Below, piece by piece: positions 46,900 through 58,048 of a stretch of 64,000 bases of DNA. Position numbers and translations under genes: made by a program. Source of the DNA: Eubacteriaceae bacterium. GTDB lineage: Bacteria; Bacillota; Clostridia; Eubacteriales; Anaerofustaceae. The stretch spans positions 812 through 64,811 of the forward strand of contig WRIY01000005.1 in NCBI GenBank assembly GCA_009782515.1, read 5' to 3'. How positions within the stretch are numbered: position 1 is the stretch's first letter; each line of letters begins with the position of its first letter. The notes beneath the pieces are model-generated. The model saw nothing but the letters and a program-made list of their open reading frames with translations. It made no database searches and was not told the DNA's origin.

Positions 46900-48063
46900 A
46901 TGGCAGAAGTTATTAGCATTTTAGGATCAACAGGCTCAATTGGCACTCAAGCCTTAGATGTCATCCGCCACCTTGGCAATATAAAAGTGGCTGCACTGGC
47001 AGCAGGCAGCAATATAGGCCTGCTTGAGCGCCAAATCATTGAATTCTCGCCTAAAATTGCAGCTGTTGCCGATAAAAGCGCCGCTGAAGCCTTAAAAGCG
47101 CGCCTTGCCGGGTATCCTGTCAAAATATACTCCGGAGAAGGCTCTTTGCTTGCTGCAGTTGAAACAGAAGCTGACATGGTGCTTGCAGCCACTTCCGGCA
47201 CGAGCGGCCTGGAGAGCGTATATGCTGCCATACAAGCCGGAAAAGACATAGCTCTTGCCAACAAAGAATCCCTCGTGTGCGCCGGCTCAATGATAATGGA
47301 TTCGGCAAAACGCATGAAAGCGGGAATACTGCCGGTTGACAGCGAGCATAGCGCGATTTTTCAGTGCATTGCAGCCAGCCCGAATGCTGTGAAAAAGATA
47401 ATACTGACAGCATCAGGCGGCCCATTCCTGAATACCCCTGCAAATGAGCTGGAGAATGTAACAGTACAGAGCGCTTTGAGCCACCCTAATTGGAAGATGG
47501 GCAAAAAAATCACGATTGACTCAGCGACAATGATGAATAAAGGCTTTGAGTGGATAGAGGCGAAATGGCTTTTCGGCATCAGCGAGGATGATATCCAAAT
47601 CGCAGTCCACCCTGAGAGCATTGTTCACTCTGCTGTAGAATTCATAGACGGAGCTGTGATAGCGCAAATGGGCTTGCCTGACATGAGGGTTCCCATCCAA
47701 TACGCTCTTACATACCCGAACAGGCAAGCCTCCCTTTCAGGGAGCCTGGACTTTTCAAGGGCAATGTCGCTTAGCTTTCAGCCGCCGGATGCCAGCCGGT
47801 TTGCTTGCCTGGGCTTGGCATACAGGGCGATGAAAGAGAAGCCCTCTGTTGCCACAGCTATGGCAGCTGCAGACGATGCAGCTGTTGAAAGCTTTTTAGG
47901 CGGGAAAATACGCTTTATGCAGATAGCCCGGGTAATTGAGGAAACGATGGCTTTCACAGAGCCTTTTGAGCCTGCCGGCATAAAAGGCTATGTAGAATGG
48001 GCGAAAGAAGCTTATAAGATAGCATCGTCAATAGCTGAAAAGCTGTCAAAATCCGGTCAATAA
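46900..48063 (+). CDS. dxr: 1-deoxy-D-xylulose-5-phosphate reductoisomerase
   Basis: Motifs are ISILGSTGSIGTQALDV, LANKESLV, VDSEHSAIFQC, LTASGGPF, HPNWKMG and NKG.E. AAGAGG lies 7 nt before the ATG at 46900. Confidence 0.92.
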   Translation: MAEVISILGSTGSIGTQALDVIRHLGNIKVAALAAGSNIGLLERQIIEFSPKIAAVADKSAAEALKARLAGYPVKIYSGEGSLLAAVETEADMVLAATSGTSGLESVYAAIQAGKDIALANKESLVCAGSMIMDSAKRMKAGILPVDSEHSAIFQCIAASPNAVKKIILTASGGPFLNTPANELENVTVQSALSHPNWKMGKKITIDSATMMNKGFEWIEAKWLFGISEDDIQIAVHPESIVHSAVEFIDGAVIAQMGLPDMRVPIQYALTYPNRQASLSGSLDFSRAMSLSFQPPDASRFACLGLAYRAMKEKPSVATAMAAADDAAVESFLGGKIRFMQIARVIEETMAFTEPFEPAGIKGYVEWAKEAYKIASSIAEKLSKSGQ

Positions 48064-48068
48064 TATAT

Positions 48069-48728
48069 ATGGACAAATACATTAAAAAGCAGCTGGATAA
48101 ATACGCACAGGCTGTGCTGGAAGAAAATGAGCTGTTAAACCTTGTCTCGATTAAGGATCTGAGTGAATTCTGGTCCATGCACATCATGGACTGCCTGGCG
48201 CTTGAGCCTTATATACCCCAGGGCGCGAAAGTTATTGACGTAGGCTCAGGGGCCGGCATGCCGGCTGTTGTGCTCAAAATCGCCAGGCCTGATATATTCG
48301 TAATGCCCCTTGACAGCATTCGCAAGAAAATGGATGCGCTTATGCGCATAGCACTCAAAACAGGGGCCGATATAGGCGAGTATATCGTAATGAGGGCTGA
48401 AGTTGCCGCCCATATAGATGAATACAGAGAGAGCTTTGATGTTGCAGTGGCAAGAGCGCTGGCGCCACTGCCTCAGGCGCTGGAATACTGCGCAGCATTT
48501 GTAAAGGCGGGCGGGGTGTTTATTGCCATGAAAGGCAAGGCTTTAGAGAGCGAATTGCAGCTCGCACAAGGCGCTGCTGAATTGCTTGGGCTTGAAGGGC
48601 CGAATATAAAGAGCTACAGCCTGGAGGGTGATATAGAGCGAAAATTGGCGATTTATACGAAAACAGCGCAAACACCCGGCAAATATCCGCGAAGGCAAGC
48701 GGCAATAAAGAAAAAGCCTTTGCCATAA
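48069..48728 (+). CDS. rsmG: 16S rRNA (guanine527-N7)-methyltransferase
   Basis: The GidB-like pattern is HIMDCLAL...VIDVGSGAGMPAVVLKIARPD...VARALAPL...GGVFIAMKG. Confidence 0.85.
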   Translation: MDKYIKKQLDKYAQAVLEENELLNLVSIKDLSEFWSMHIMDCLALEPYIPQGAKVIDVGSGAGMPAVVLKIARPDIFVMPLDSIRKKMDALMRIALKTGADIGEYIVMRAEVAAHIDEYRESFDVAVARALAPLPQALEYCAAFVKAGGVFIAMKGKALESELQLAQGAAELLGLEGPNIKSYSLEGDIERKLAIYTKTAQTPGKYPRRQAAIKKKPLP

Positions 48729-48792
48729 CCAGGAACTTTTAGCTTTTTTTGATAAAGGATATAAAGTAATTCATAGCAAACGGGGAAAAACA

Positions 48793-50433
48793 ATGAGCGA
48801 ACCAAAAAGCAATTTTATCTATAGCGAGATCGAAAATGACATTAAAAACGGCGTTTATGAACAAGCAAAGCTTATTACCCGCTTTCCGCCTGAGCCTAAC
48901 GGCTATCTGCACATAGGGCATGCCAAAGCAATCTATATAAGCTTTTCTGTCAGAGAAAAATATGGCGGGCAAACAAACCTGCGCTTTGACGACACCAACC
49001 CTGCCAAAGAAGAGCAAGAGTTCGCTGAGTCCCAAATAGAAGACATTAAATGGCTTGGCTATGATTGGGACAACTTGTTTTACGCTTCCAGCTACTTTGG
49101 GAAGATGTATGAATATGCACATGAGCTCATAGCAAAGGGCCTGGCATACATTGACGATCAGAGCCCGGACGAAATCAAGCTTACCCGGGGATCATTAACC
49201 AAACCGGGGGTGCCAAGCCCGTACAGGGACAGAAGCATTGAAGAAAATGCAGAGCTGTTTACTGCAATGAAGGATGGAAAGTTCAAAGCCGGGGAAAGAG
49301 TGCTCAGGGCTAAAATAGATATGTCCAGCCCTAATATGAATATGAGAGACCCTGTGATGTACAGGATACTTCATGAAACCCACCATATGACAGGCGATGA
49401 GTGGTGCATATACCCTATGTATGACTATGCCCACCCGATTGAGGATGCCATTGAAAACATTACCCACTCTTTATGCTCGCTTGAGTATGAAGACCATAGG
49501 CCGCTGTATGAATGGGTGCTCAACAATCTTGACGACTACAAGGAAAACCAGCCCAGGCAGATAGAGTTTGCCAGGCTGGCAATCGAAAATGCCCTCACAT
49601 CCAAGCGCTATATCAAGATGCTTGTAGACCAGGGAATAGTTGACGGATGGGACGATCCGAGGCTGTTTACCCTAAGAGGCATCAGAAGAAGGGGCATTAC
49701 TCCTGCTGCCCTAAGGCGGTTTTGCGAAGAGGTTGGGGTTGCAAAATCCAACTCCATCGTTCCAAGGGCGCAGCTTGACTACTTTGTGCGGGAAGATTTG
49801 CAAAAAATCAGCCCGAAAGCAATGGCTGTGATAGAGCCTATCAGGCTTGTCATTGAGAACTATCCCGAGGGTGAGCATGAGATTCTCAAAATAGCAAACG
49901 ATGATGGGACTGAGAGGGATGTGCCTTTTGGCAGGGAGCTGTATATTGAAGCGGAAGACTTTGAAATCGAGCCGCCGCCAAAGTACAGAAGGCTTTATAT
50001 TGGCAATGAAGTTCGCCTTATCGGAGCTTACATTATTAAATGCACCGGCTATAGCATTGATGAAAATGGCGGCATGTCTGTTCAGGCAGTATATGACCCT
50101 GAGACGAAGTCCGGCACCGGATCTGCCAAAAAGGCGAAAGGGACTATACATTGGGTTCATGCGCCAAGCGCTGTTGCTATTACGACTCGGGGATTTACTG
50201 ATCTTTACAATGCCAGCGCGCCTGGCGAAGGCATACTCGATAAGATTAACAAGGACTCGATCATCGAGAAAACTTCATACGCTGAGCCGGCTGTTGGCGC
50301 AACAGAGCCCTCAGGCCGATGGCAGTTCTTGCGCAAAGGCTTTTATGTCCTTGACTCCAAGCTGTCATCAGGCGAAAACCTGGTTTTCAACATGACTGTC
50401 TCACTAAAAAGCAGTTGGAAGCCAGAGGCATAG
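48793..50433 (+). CDS. glnS: Glutaminyl-tRNA synthetase
   Basis: RFPPEPNGYLHIGHAKA (HIGH motif), LRFDDTNP and LTSKR (KMSKS-type motif) are present, along with a GlnRS-type C-terminal anticodon-binding region. Confidence 0.9.
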   Translation: MSEPKSNFIYSEIENDIKNGVYEQAKLITRFPPEPNGYLHIGHAKAIYISFSVREKYGGQTNLRFDDTNPAKEEQEFAESQIEDIKWLGYDWDNLFYASSYFGKMYEYAHELIAKGLAYIDDQSPDEIKLTRGSLTKPGVPSPYRDRSIEENAELFTAMKDGKFKAGERVLRAKIDMSSPNMNMRDPVMYRILHETHHMTGDEWCIYPMYDYAHPIEDAIENITHSLCSLEYEDHRPLYEWVLNNLDDYKENQPRQIEFARLAIENALTSKRYIKMLVDQGIVDGWDDPRLFTLRGIRRRGITPAALRRFCEEVGVAKSNSIVPRAQLDYFVREDLQKISPKAMAVIEPIRLVIENYPEGEHEILKIANDDGTERDVPFGRELYIEAEDFEIEPPPKYRRLYIGNEVRLIGAYIIKCTGYSIDENGGMSVQAVYDPETKSGTGSAKKAKGTIHWVHAPSAVAITTRGFTDLYNASAPGEGILDKINKDSIIEKTSYAEPAVGATEPSGRWQFLRKGFYVLDSKLSSGENLVFNMTVSLKSSWKPEA

Positions 50434-50436
50434 CTT

Positions 50437-52842
50437 TTGCATACCATGATTATTCGCCAAAGGGGTGAAAGGGCTGATGCTGATGCTGCCAGGGAGATTT
50501 CAAACCAGCTTGGCATTGCCGGCATCACTGCCAGCATTGCAGTGAGCAGGGGCATAAAGGGTATTGATGAGGCTGAAAAATTCTTTATGCCGGATCTTGT
50601 TAACCTGCACAGCCCCTACCTTTTGGAAGGAATGCAACAAGCAAAGGCAGCTATAAACCAGGCTGTTAAAAACAATGTTAAAATACGCGCTGTAGGCGAT
50701 TATGACTGCGATGGGGTTTGCAGCGCTGCGATACTTCATAAGATGCTTGCAAAGCTTGGCGCTGATTTTTCTGTGTACTTGCCGGACAGGTTTACTGACG
50801 GGTACGGGCTCAATCCGCAAATAGTGCAGAAAGCTTATGAAGACGGAGTCGGCATGATTATCACGGCTGACAATGGAATCTCAGCCGTTAGCGCTGCCGC
50901 CCTGGCGGAAAAGTACGGCATCAGCCTCGTTATAACAGACCATCATATCGGGCCTGAAGAGCTTCCGCCGGCTGATGCTATTGTCAATCCGGCTTTGGAA
51001 AGCTCTGAGTACCCTTTTAAGGGTTTATGCGGGGCGTCTGTTGCCATGAAGCTTTCGCAAGCATTGTGCGATTGGAGCTTTAGCGAGCTTCGTGAGCTTG
51101 TAGCCATTGCTGCCGTAGCGACGATAGCAGATGTTGTGCCCCTTGAGGGCGAAAACAGGATCATCGCTAGCCTGGGCATCGAATACATAAGGCAAGGCGA
51201 AAACATAGGCCTTCAGCAGCTTGTGAAAGTATGCAAAAGCCAATCTGCGCTTAGCTCCTCTTTTATATCTTTTCAGCTTGCCCCGAGAATAAATGCAGCC
51301 GGTAGGCTGGAAAGCGCGGGCATTGCATTAAGCTTGCTGCTTAGCGAGTCTGAAGATCGCGCCAAGGCCCTTGCTACTGCCCTGGACGAGCTCAATTTGA
51401 AGAGGCAGCAGGAAGAAGACTCAATAATCGAAGCTGCTATTTCAGCTATTGAGCAAAACGGCCTTCACAAACAGCACAGAATCCTGTTTGTGTTGCTCGA
51501 AGAGGCGCATGAAGGCGTTATTGGCATTGCTGCCGGCAGGATTGCAGAAAAGTACAGCAGGCCTTGCGCCGTTGTTTGCGAAAGCTCCGGCATTTATAAA
51601 GGATCAGCGCGCAGCGTGCCCGGCATCGACTTGTACTCGATACTGCAAAGGGCAGCAAGCTGCTTTACAGCTTTTGGCGGGCATCCCCAAGCAGCAGGGT
51701 TTTCGCTTGAAAAGGAAAGCTTTGCCGAAGCGGCAATCAAGGCAAATGAAGCAGCCGAGGAGTTCGGCTTGAGCCTTAACCCTTCTGCCAGCTGCTTTTA
51801 TGATATTGAAGCATCGCTTTCACAGATAAGCTTCAAATCAGTAAGCGAGCTTGAAAAAATGGCCCCTTTTGGCCTGGGCAACCCAAAGCCCAGCCTTCTG
51901 ATTGAAAATGTCAGCCTTCGAAATAAGAAAGCTATCGGCAAGATGAAAAACCATGCCAGCATGGAGGCAGTGTCTGACGGCCACAGCATCTCAGTGATTG
52001 CTTACAACATGGCAAGCGAGCTCACGGAATTGGCGCCGCATATGCCTGTTGATCTAATAGCCAGTGCTGAGATTAATACCTTCAGAGGAGAAACATCCCT
52101 GCAGCTGGATGCAAAAGCCATAGTTAGCCATATAAGCTGCCCTGACGATTATTACAATTCCTTGCACAAGCTTTTTCATTATTCAGTTGACAGCCAGCCA
52201 GGCTTTTATCCAAGCGAATATGATTCATTGCCACTTGAGAATGCGCTTAGCCTTGGCATCAAGCAAGGAGCTCTTTTTATAGTCTATGGCAAGGAAGCCT
52301 TTATGAGGTGCATTCGGTATTTCGCCCACAACAACACGCCCCACTCCATATATTACGGCGAGCTGGCTAACGCGGCCAGCGATAATGCCGTATTATTGGC
52401 AAACCCTATAGGAAGTGCTTCTGTTAATGCCAATACTGCATACTTCCTTGATCCGCCTTGCTTTTATGGCATTGATGAGGGCTTGTTAGGCTGCATACGA
52501 AACCCTGTATTTATCGAGAGCATGCCTTATAGAATACAAGCCAGCATTACAAGAACAACAATTGCCCACATTTACAAGCACGCCAAGCTGGTTGATGCCC
52601 TTGGCGGCAATGCCGGTGAATTCGTCAGGTTTCTAAACACCAAGCTTGAGTCAAAGATCGATCTGTTCAGCCTGTATGCAAGCCTGGACGTTATGGCTGA
52701 ACTTGGCTTTTTAAGCTACAGCTCAATGGAAGGCAAGCTAAAAGTAAGCCTTGTTGATTCTCCTGAGCAAAAAAATATATACTCATCAAAAATCATGCTA
52801 GAATTAATCGGCGACAGAGCTATTGAAACTGCACCCCAATAA
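50437..52842 (+). CDS. recJ: Single-stranded-DNA-specific exonuclease RecJ (long form)
   Basis: DHH motifs are [16 protein letters not shown] and ITDHH. DHHA1 shows as GGHPQAAG. The start is either the TTG at 50437 or the ATG at 50446. Confidence 0.88.
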   Translation: MHTMIIRQRGERADADAAREISNQLGIAGITASIAVSRGIKGIDEAEKFFMPDLVNLHSPYLLEGMQQAKAAINQAVKNNVKIRAVGDYDCDGVCSAAILHKMLAKLGADFSVYLPDRFTDGYGLNPQIVQKAYEDGVGMIITADNGISAVSAAALAEKYGISLVITDHHIGPEELPPADAIVNPALESSEYPFKGLCGASVAMKLSQALCDWSFSELRELVAIAAVATIADVVPLEGENRIIASLGIEYIRQGENIGLQQLVKVCKSQSALSSSFISFQLAPRINAAGRLESAGIALSLLLSESEDRAKALATALDELNLKRQQEEDSIIEAAISAIEQNGLHKQHRILFVLLEEAHEGVIGIAAGRIAEKYSRPCAVVCESSGIYKGSARSVPGIDLYSILQRAASCFTAFGGHPQAAGFSLEKESFAEAAIKANEAAEEFGLSLNPSASCFYDIEASLSQISFKSVSELEKMAPFGLGNPKPSLLIENVSLRNKKAIGKMKNHASMEAVSDGHSISVIAYNMASELTELAPHMPVDLIASAEINTFRGETSLQLDAKAIVSHISCPDDYYNSLHKLFHYSVDSQPGFYPSEYDSLPLENALSLGIKQGALFIVYGKEAFMRCIRYFAHNNTPHSIYYGELANAASDNAVLLANPIGSASVNANTAYFLDPPCFYGIDEGLLGCIRNPVFIESMPYRIQASITRTTIAHIYKHAKLVDALGGNAGEFVRFLNTKLESKIDLFSLYASLDVMAELGFLSYSSMEGKLKVSLVDSPEQKNIYSSKIMLELIGDRAIETAPQ

Positions 52843-52871
52843 ATTTACTTAGAAAGAAGCTGCGATTGACT

Positions 52872-53387
52872 ATGGACTATAAAGAAAAAATACGCGTTAT
52901 TGAAGGCTTCCCAATCGAGGGCATTAGCTATAAAGATATAACCACTCTGCTAAAAGACGGTGAATCTTTTGCATATGCAGTTGACGAGATGGCAGGGCTT
53001 ATAGATGGCCAGGCAGATTTAATCGCCGGGCCTGAAGCCAGAGGGTTTCTGTTTGGCACAGCGCTTGCTTATAAGCTGGGTGTTGGGTTTATCCCCATTC
53101 GCAAGCCTGGCAAGCTGCCGGCTCCCACCTACCAGCATGAGTATGAGCTGGAGTATGGCACTGATGCGCTGCAAGTGCATATTGATGCTATACCTAAAGG
53201 GGCTCGGGTTGTGCTGTGCGATGACTTAATTGCTACAGGCGGCACTTTGTACGCTTGCGCCAAGCTTATTGAGCAAGCGGGAGGTGAAGTCGCAAGCATC
53301 ATTGCCTTTATCGAGCTTACCGAACTTGGAGGCATGCAAAAGCTGGCTGGCTACAGCGCCAAGGCGCTGGTTTCGTATCCAAGCTAG
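52872..53387 (+). CDS. apt: Adenine phosphoribosyltransferase
   Basis: [15 protein letters not shown]...EARGFLFG...[14 protein letters not shown] is the PRPP-binding motif. The gene follows recJ, which is the conserved synteny. Confidence 0.9.
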   Translation: MDYKEKIRVIEGFPIEGISYKDITTLLKDGESFAYAVDEMAGLIDGQADLIAGPEARGFLFGTALAYKLGVGFIPIRKPGKLPAPTYQHEYELEYGTDALQVHIDAIPKGARVVLCDDLIATGGTLYACAKLIEQAGGEVASIIAFIELTELGGMQKLAGYSAKALVSYPS

Positions 53388-53606
53388 AACACGAAAAGCA
53401 GCCTGTGATGCGATGCATTCCCGATAGGCAAGCATATGGCTTTTAGCGCATCGCAGGAACACTCTAAACTGAAGCTTGCTTTGCTTGACAGTGCGCTGCA
53501 AAAAAAAATCGGGCAAGGCAGCCACCATCGCGGGCTGTTTTCTGCGCTGTCGATCAATCGAGCGTGCACATGGTGTTTTTATAAAACCGACAAGAAAGAT
53601 CTATCG

Positions 53607-54191
53607 ATGAACGTTTTTATTGTTTATGCCCATCCGAGCGAAGATTCATTTACAAGATATGTGCGTGACAGCTTCATTGAAGGCTTAACGGCTGCCGGAC
53701 ACTCATATATAATATCCGATTTATATAAGATGGGATTCAATACCGACATGAGTGAAGCAGAGTATTATCGAGAAGCAAATTACAGAGATGATTTGCTTTT
53801 GCCGAATGATGTAGCCACGGAACAAAATAAAATCAATTCCTGTGACGCGCTTGTGTTCATATACCCTGTATTTTGGACCGAAGCCCCTGCGAAATTGCTT
53901 GGATGGTTCAACAGGGTCTGGACTTATGGTTTCGCTTATGGAAACAGAAGCATGAAGCAGCTAAAAAAAGCGTTGATACTCTGTACTGCTGGCCATTCTT
54001 TGCAGCATCTAAAAGAATACGGCCATTATAACGCCATGAAAACCGTTATGCTCGGTGACAGGCTATTTGACAGGGCAAAAGAAAAAGCTTTTATCATACT
54101 CGATTCTACAGCTAAGTCTGACATGAAAGTACGGGAAGCGAACTGGGATAAGCATTTAAAAACCGCCTTTGAAGCAGGGCATTCATTATAA
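53607..54191 (+). CDS. NAD(P)H dehydrogenase (quinone), flavodoxin-like fold family
   Basis: MNVFIVYAHPSEDSFTRYV...DALVFIYPVFWTEAPAKLLGWFNRVW. I reject the track's 57-aa N-terminal extension. Confidence 0.8.
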   Translation: MNVFIVYAHPSEDSFTRYVRDSFIEGLTAAGHSYIISDLYKMGFNTDMSEAEYYREANYRDDLLLPNDVATEQNKINSCDALVFIYPVFWTEAPAKLLGWFNRVWTYGFAYGNRSMKQLKKALILCTAGHSLQHLKEYGHYNAMKTVMLGDRLFDRAKEKAFIILDSTAKSDMKVREANWDKHLKTAFEAGHSL

Positions 54192-54497
54192 TCATTAGCA
54201 GAAGCGGCCATTTCAATAAACGAAATTGTCTCGAGCGATAAAACAAGGCAACAGCGCAGCCAAGCGAGCCGCACAGCCTTAGCGAAGCTGCTAGAGATAT
54301 ATATTGCATCTGGGAGCCTATGCAGGGGTGCCAGGCGCTTTGGCCGGCCTGCAATAGCTGTACGCATTGCTGGAGTATGGCCAGTGCATAAGGGCATGTT
54401 TGATAGAGTTGCCAAATTTCGCCTTGGCAGTAAATTGCGCATTAATGCATTTACCCTATTTCATTCTGCTGCCTGATGTATTATTATAGCTGTAAGT

Positions 54498-54573
54498 GAC
54501 TCTGTAGCTCAGCTGGCAGAGCGCTACCTTGACACGGTAGAGGTCATCAGTTCAAGCCTGGTCAGAGTCACCA
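54498..54573 (+). tRNA. tRNA-Val (anticodon GAC)
   Basis: The cloverleaf is GACTCTG-TA-GCTC AGCTGGCA GAGC-G-CTACC TTGACAC GGTAG-AGGTC-ATCAG TTCAAGC CTGGT-CAGAGTC-A-CCA. Confidence 0.9.
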
Positions 54574-54783
54574 TATGAAAGAATCCGCATACGCGGTTTT
54601 TTTATTTCTTGGGCAACGCTAAGCCGCAGCCATCCTTTTTGCTGCAGCGGCATACTTTACACTGATATTGTTTGCGCCAAGCGGAAGCCCGGCTTTGCCC
54701 GCTGCTGTACCGAAGCAAGCAGGCTTCTCACATCCAAGCTCTTGAATAAGCAATAGTTTTTGCTCTGTATGCATTTCGCGCAT

Positions 54784-55047
54784 TCAGAGTTCCTGCTGCT
54801 CGCCTTTGGGCATATTTTCGCCAACACGCTGATCGGCTCCCTTGCCAATAGGCGGGGCTGAATCCCTCGCTTCTGCATATAGCTCATTTAGGCGCTCTTG
54901 GCTGATCCCATTCGCCTTTGCCAATTTCCGTACAAAGGCCTGTGGAATCTTTTCAGCTATTGCATTGCGCAGCGATTCTTCTTTCCCGATTAGTTCGCCT
55001 GCGTACCTCAGCTCGTCTTCGCGCGAAAATATAGGTTTGAATTCCAC
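54784..55047 (-). CDS. Small hypothetical protein (87 aa)
   Basis: It has a GTG start with AAGGAG 9 nt upstream. The sequence is charged and helical, and I do not recognise a family. It lies downstream of proC on the same strand. Confidence 0.5.
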   Translation of the reverse strand: MEFKPIFSREDELRYAGELIGKEESLRNAIAEKIPQAFVRKLAKANGISQERLNELYAEARDSAPPIGKGADQRVGENMPKGEQQEL

Positions 55048-55119
55048 GTTAAATTGCTCCTTATCAAGTAATAAGGGAGTTTTTAAGATCGGGCACTCCG
55101 CTAAGCGCGGCTATGCGCC

Positions 55120-55956
55120 TTAAGATTCTCCTGCTTGCCTGCCAACTTCAGCCATTCTCTGCATTGAAGCCTTTGCAGCATTGATGACTGAAGCGCGAAA
55201 AGCATCATTTTCAAGCGAGAGCACTCCAGCAATAGTAGAGCCGGCCGGGCTTGAGACTTCATCTTTAAGCATAGCAGGGTGCTTTCCTGTCTGCAGCACC
55301 ATCTTGGATGCCCCGAGCAGCGTTTGCGCTGCCAGCTTAAGGGATTCTTCGAAACTTATCCCAAGCAGAACGCCGGCATTAGCCAGAGATTCAATGAACA
55401 TATATGCAAAAGCAGGCCCACAGCCGCTTATCGCAGTGAGAGAGTCCATTAGGCTTTCGTCAATAGAAACTGCAATGCCAATCTTGCTAAAGAGCGAGTA
55501 GGCGTATTCGAAATCCTGCTGTGTTGCATACTTGCCCTTCGCCAGCCCGCAGCACCCTTCAAGCACGAGCATCGGAGTGTTTGGCATTGCCCTCACAACG
55601 CGGGCATTGGAAAGTGCCTCTTCCAGGAATGATGTTGCAATGCCGCCCATTATCGATATAACAAGCTTGCCATTGCCAAGAGGCGACAGTGCTTTTAGTA
55701 TTGGCAAACAGTGCTGCGGCTTTACAGCCATAATAATTACATCTGACATTTGCGCGAGCCTGACTGCCCCGCCATTATCCTCTTTGCTATTTTGAATGCA
55801 CTCAACTTTGTAGGTGCTGGAAATCTCATTAAGGCGGCTTTCTGAGACGTCGGTTACAGCTATGTCTTCTTCATGAACTGCATTCGCCTTGATTAAGGCG
55901 CTAAATATTGCCTCAGCCATGTTGCCGGAGCCTATAAAACCAATCTTTTGTGGCAT
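55120..55956 (-). CDS. proC: Pyrroline-5-carboxylate reductase
   Basis: MPQKIGFIGSGNMAEAI...IIMAVKPQ...VRAMPNTP...SGCGPAFAYMFIE...SPAGSTI. I prefer the internal start at 55956. Confidence 0.9.
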   Translation of the reverse strand: MPQKIGFIGSGNMAEAIFSALIKANAVHEEDIAVTDVSESRLNEISSTYKVECIQNSKEDNGGAVRLAQMSDVIIMAVKPQHCLPILKALSPLGNGKLVISIMGGIATSFLEEALSNARVVRAMPNTPMLVLEGCCGLAKGKYATQQDFEYAYSLFSKIGIAVSIDESLMDSLTAISGCGPAFAYMFIESLANAGVLLGISFEESLKLAAQTLLGASKMVLQTGKHPAMLKDEVSSPAGSTIAGVLSLENDAFRASVINAAKASMQRMAEVGRQAGES

Positions 55957-56520
55957 AATATTCTCTTTCTTTAAATATAGGTTTTTATGTATTTCACAGG
56001 GCAATGCCATTGAGGCTGTGCTGACAAATTTCCCTGATTTCGTTCCTTAAGTGCCAAGCTATATACCATCATCAGCACGCTTCATTCCATTGCAAGCTTG
56101 CTTATTCTTAGAAAAGCGCTTCCGGCATGGGCAATGCCGGGCATTTTTACAAATATCCCGGCAGCAGGCGCTTGCCATCTGCTGCTTATGCTAATTGCTT
56201 GTGAGCGTGGTTAATAATGCCTAATACTCTCATTCCAGAGAGCCTCATTATTATACCATTGCTTTTTGCGCTACAGCGAATGATTTGGCTTGGCTTTAGT
56301 GGCAGCGCCAAATGCTCTGATGAAATCTGCGCAATAAAGGGCAAAGCATGCTGGCTGTATCAGGGGATATGGCCTAACAGATAAAGGTTTGCATAGGCGC
56401 TTGCATCGGCAATAGGGTGGCTTATCTGTTCAAAAAGCCTTTATCATTTCATATAAAACTGCTAATATATTAACACGCGCAAAAAAACCATGCGCAAAAT
56501 TAATAAGTAGGACAATAAAT

Positions 56521-57990
56521 ATGCAACCTCTTCAACGCAAACAAAGCCTGTCTACAGATTTTTACCAGCTAAGTGTCAGCAACGCCTACTATGAGCAAGG
56601 CATGGCTGATGACATTGCAGTATTTGATCTATTTATTCGAAGAAACCCATTTGAAGGCGGGTATACAGCATTTGCAGGGCTTGAGAATGCAATCTCATAC
56701 CTACAAAACCTGAACTTTGACAGCGATGACATTTCAATGCTTAAGTCAAACCACCCGGAGCTATCAGACGGATTTTTGAAATATCTCTTAAATATGCGCT
56801 TTACCGGTGAACTGTATTCAATGCGCGAGGGTGACGTTGTCTTTCCATATGAGCCCTTAGTAAGGGTGAAGGCGCCTATTATTCAAGCCCAGATAATTGA
56901 GACGGCGCTGCTTGCGATAGTTAACCACGAGACGCTTATAGCAACAAAGGCATCCAGAATATGCGCTTCTGCCCAAGGCGATCCGGTAATAGACTTTGGC
57001 CTTAGAAGGGCGCATGGCACTGAAGCCGGCCTAAATGGCTCACGGGCAGCCATAATCGGCGGATGCGTCGGAACAAGCGATGTGGAGGCTGAACATGCTT
57101 TTGGCGTAGTATCAAAAGGCACTATTTCGCATGCGTTTGTTATGAGCTTTCAAGATGAGTACACGGCATTTAAAGCGTACTGCGATCTTAACCCGCCTAA
57201 CATGACGCTGCTTGTAGATACCTATGACACGCTAAGAAGCGGTGTGCCAAATGCCATTAAAGTATTCTTGGAGCTAAAGGAAGAGGGCAGGCTTGCTGAG
57301 AGCTATGGCATCCGGCTGGATTCAGGGGATCTAAGCTACCTGTCAAAAAAGGCCAGAGTCATGCTGGATGAAGCAGGCCTGAGCACTGCGGCAATTGTTG
57401 CCTCTAACGACCTGGACGAACAGGCAATAGCCCAGCTTAAATACGACGGGGCAAGAATTGACTCATGGGGCGTAGGCACCAGGATGATAACTGCATGGGG
57501 ATCTCCAGCCCTTGGAGGCGTATATAAGCTCGCGAGGCTTGATCAGGGCGGCGTTAGCTACGATAAAATGAAGCTATCAGATGATCCATATAAAATGACC
57601 AACCCCGGTTATAAAAAGGTTCTGAGGCTGTTTAACAAGAATTCAGGCAAAGCGACTGCGGATCTGGTGATGCTGGATCACGAAACGCTTGATACACAAA
57701 AGCCGCTTAGGATATACCATCCTTTCTTCACATACAAGACCCGTGTAGTTGAGGGGTTTTACACAGAGGAAATGCTGCAGCCTGTTTTTATAGACGGAGA
57801 GCTGGTGTACGGGCATATTCCTCTGCATGAAATTCAAGCCTACCATAAGAAGCAGCAAGGGCGCTTCTGGGAGGAAGTGCTTCGCCTGAACAACCCGGAC
57901 GAATACCATGTTGATCTTTCCGACGCTCTGTATGATATAAAAAAGGAATTCTTGCATAACCATAATTATACAGGGGCATCAGAAGGCTAA
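56521..57990 (+). CDS. pncB: Nicotinate phosphoribosyltransferase
   Basis: Motifs are TDFYQLSVSNAYY, FGLRRAHG, GTSHAF and IRLDSGD...VGT. Confidence 0.9.
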   Translation: MQPLQRKQSLSTDFYQLSVSNAYYEQGMADDIAVFDLFIRRNPFEGGYTAFAGLENAISYLQNLNFDSDDISMLKSNHPELSDGFLKYLLNMRFTGELYSMREGDVVFPYEPLVRVKAPIIQAQIIETALLAIVNHETLIATKASRICASAQGDPVIDFGLRRAHGTEAGLNGSRAAIIGGCVGTSDVEAEHAFGVVSKGTISHAFVMSFQDEYTAFKAYCDLNPPNMTLLVDTYDTLRSGVPNAIKVFLELKEEGRLAESYGIRLDSGDLSYLSKKARVMLDEAGLSTAAIVASNDLDEQAIAQLKYDGARIDSWGVGTRMITAWGSPALGGVYKLARLDQGGVSYDKMKLSDDPYKMTNPGYKKVLRLFNKNSGKATADLVMLDHETLDTQKPLRIYHPFFTYKTRVVEGFYTEEMLQPVFIDGELVYGHIPLHEIQAYHKKQQGRFWEEVLRLNNPDEYHVDLSDALYDIKKEFLHNHNYTGASEG

Positions 57991-58048
57991 TAATGAATTG
58001 GCATATTACATGCATAACTGAGCAATAAAAAATGGAAGGAATTAATTA

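Noticed and set aside
48729-48792. T-box or other leader upstream of glnS (and of argS at 59096-59107)
   Set aside because: The intergenic spaces are only 64 and 12 bp, which is too short for a T-box riboswitch. I saw no specifier or antiterminator structure.
56011-56520. A 510-bp divergent proC/pncB intergenic region with a perfect 7-bp hairpin (CCGGCAT-GGGCA-ATGCCGG, 56122-56140) and a distant ACAGATAA/TTATCTGT pair; considered as a possible riboswitch or regulator site
   Set aside because: It matches no riboswitch consensus that I know. The hairpin is not positioned as a terminator for either gene, and I cannot assess conservation from one sequence.
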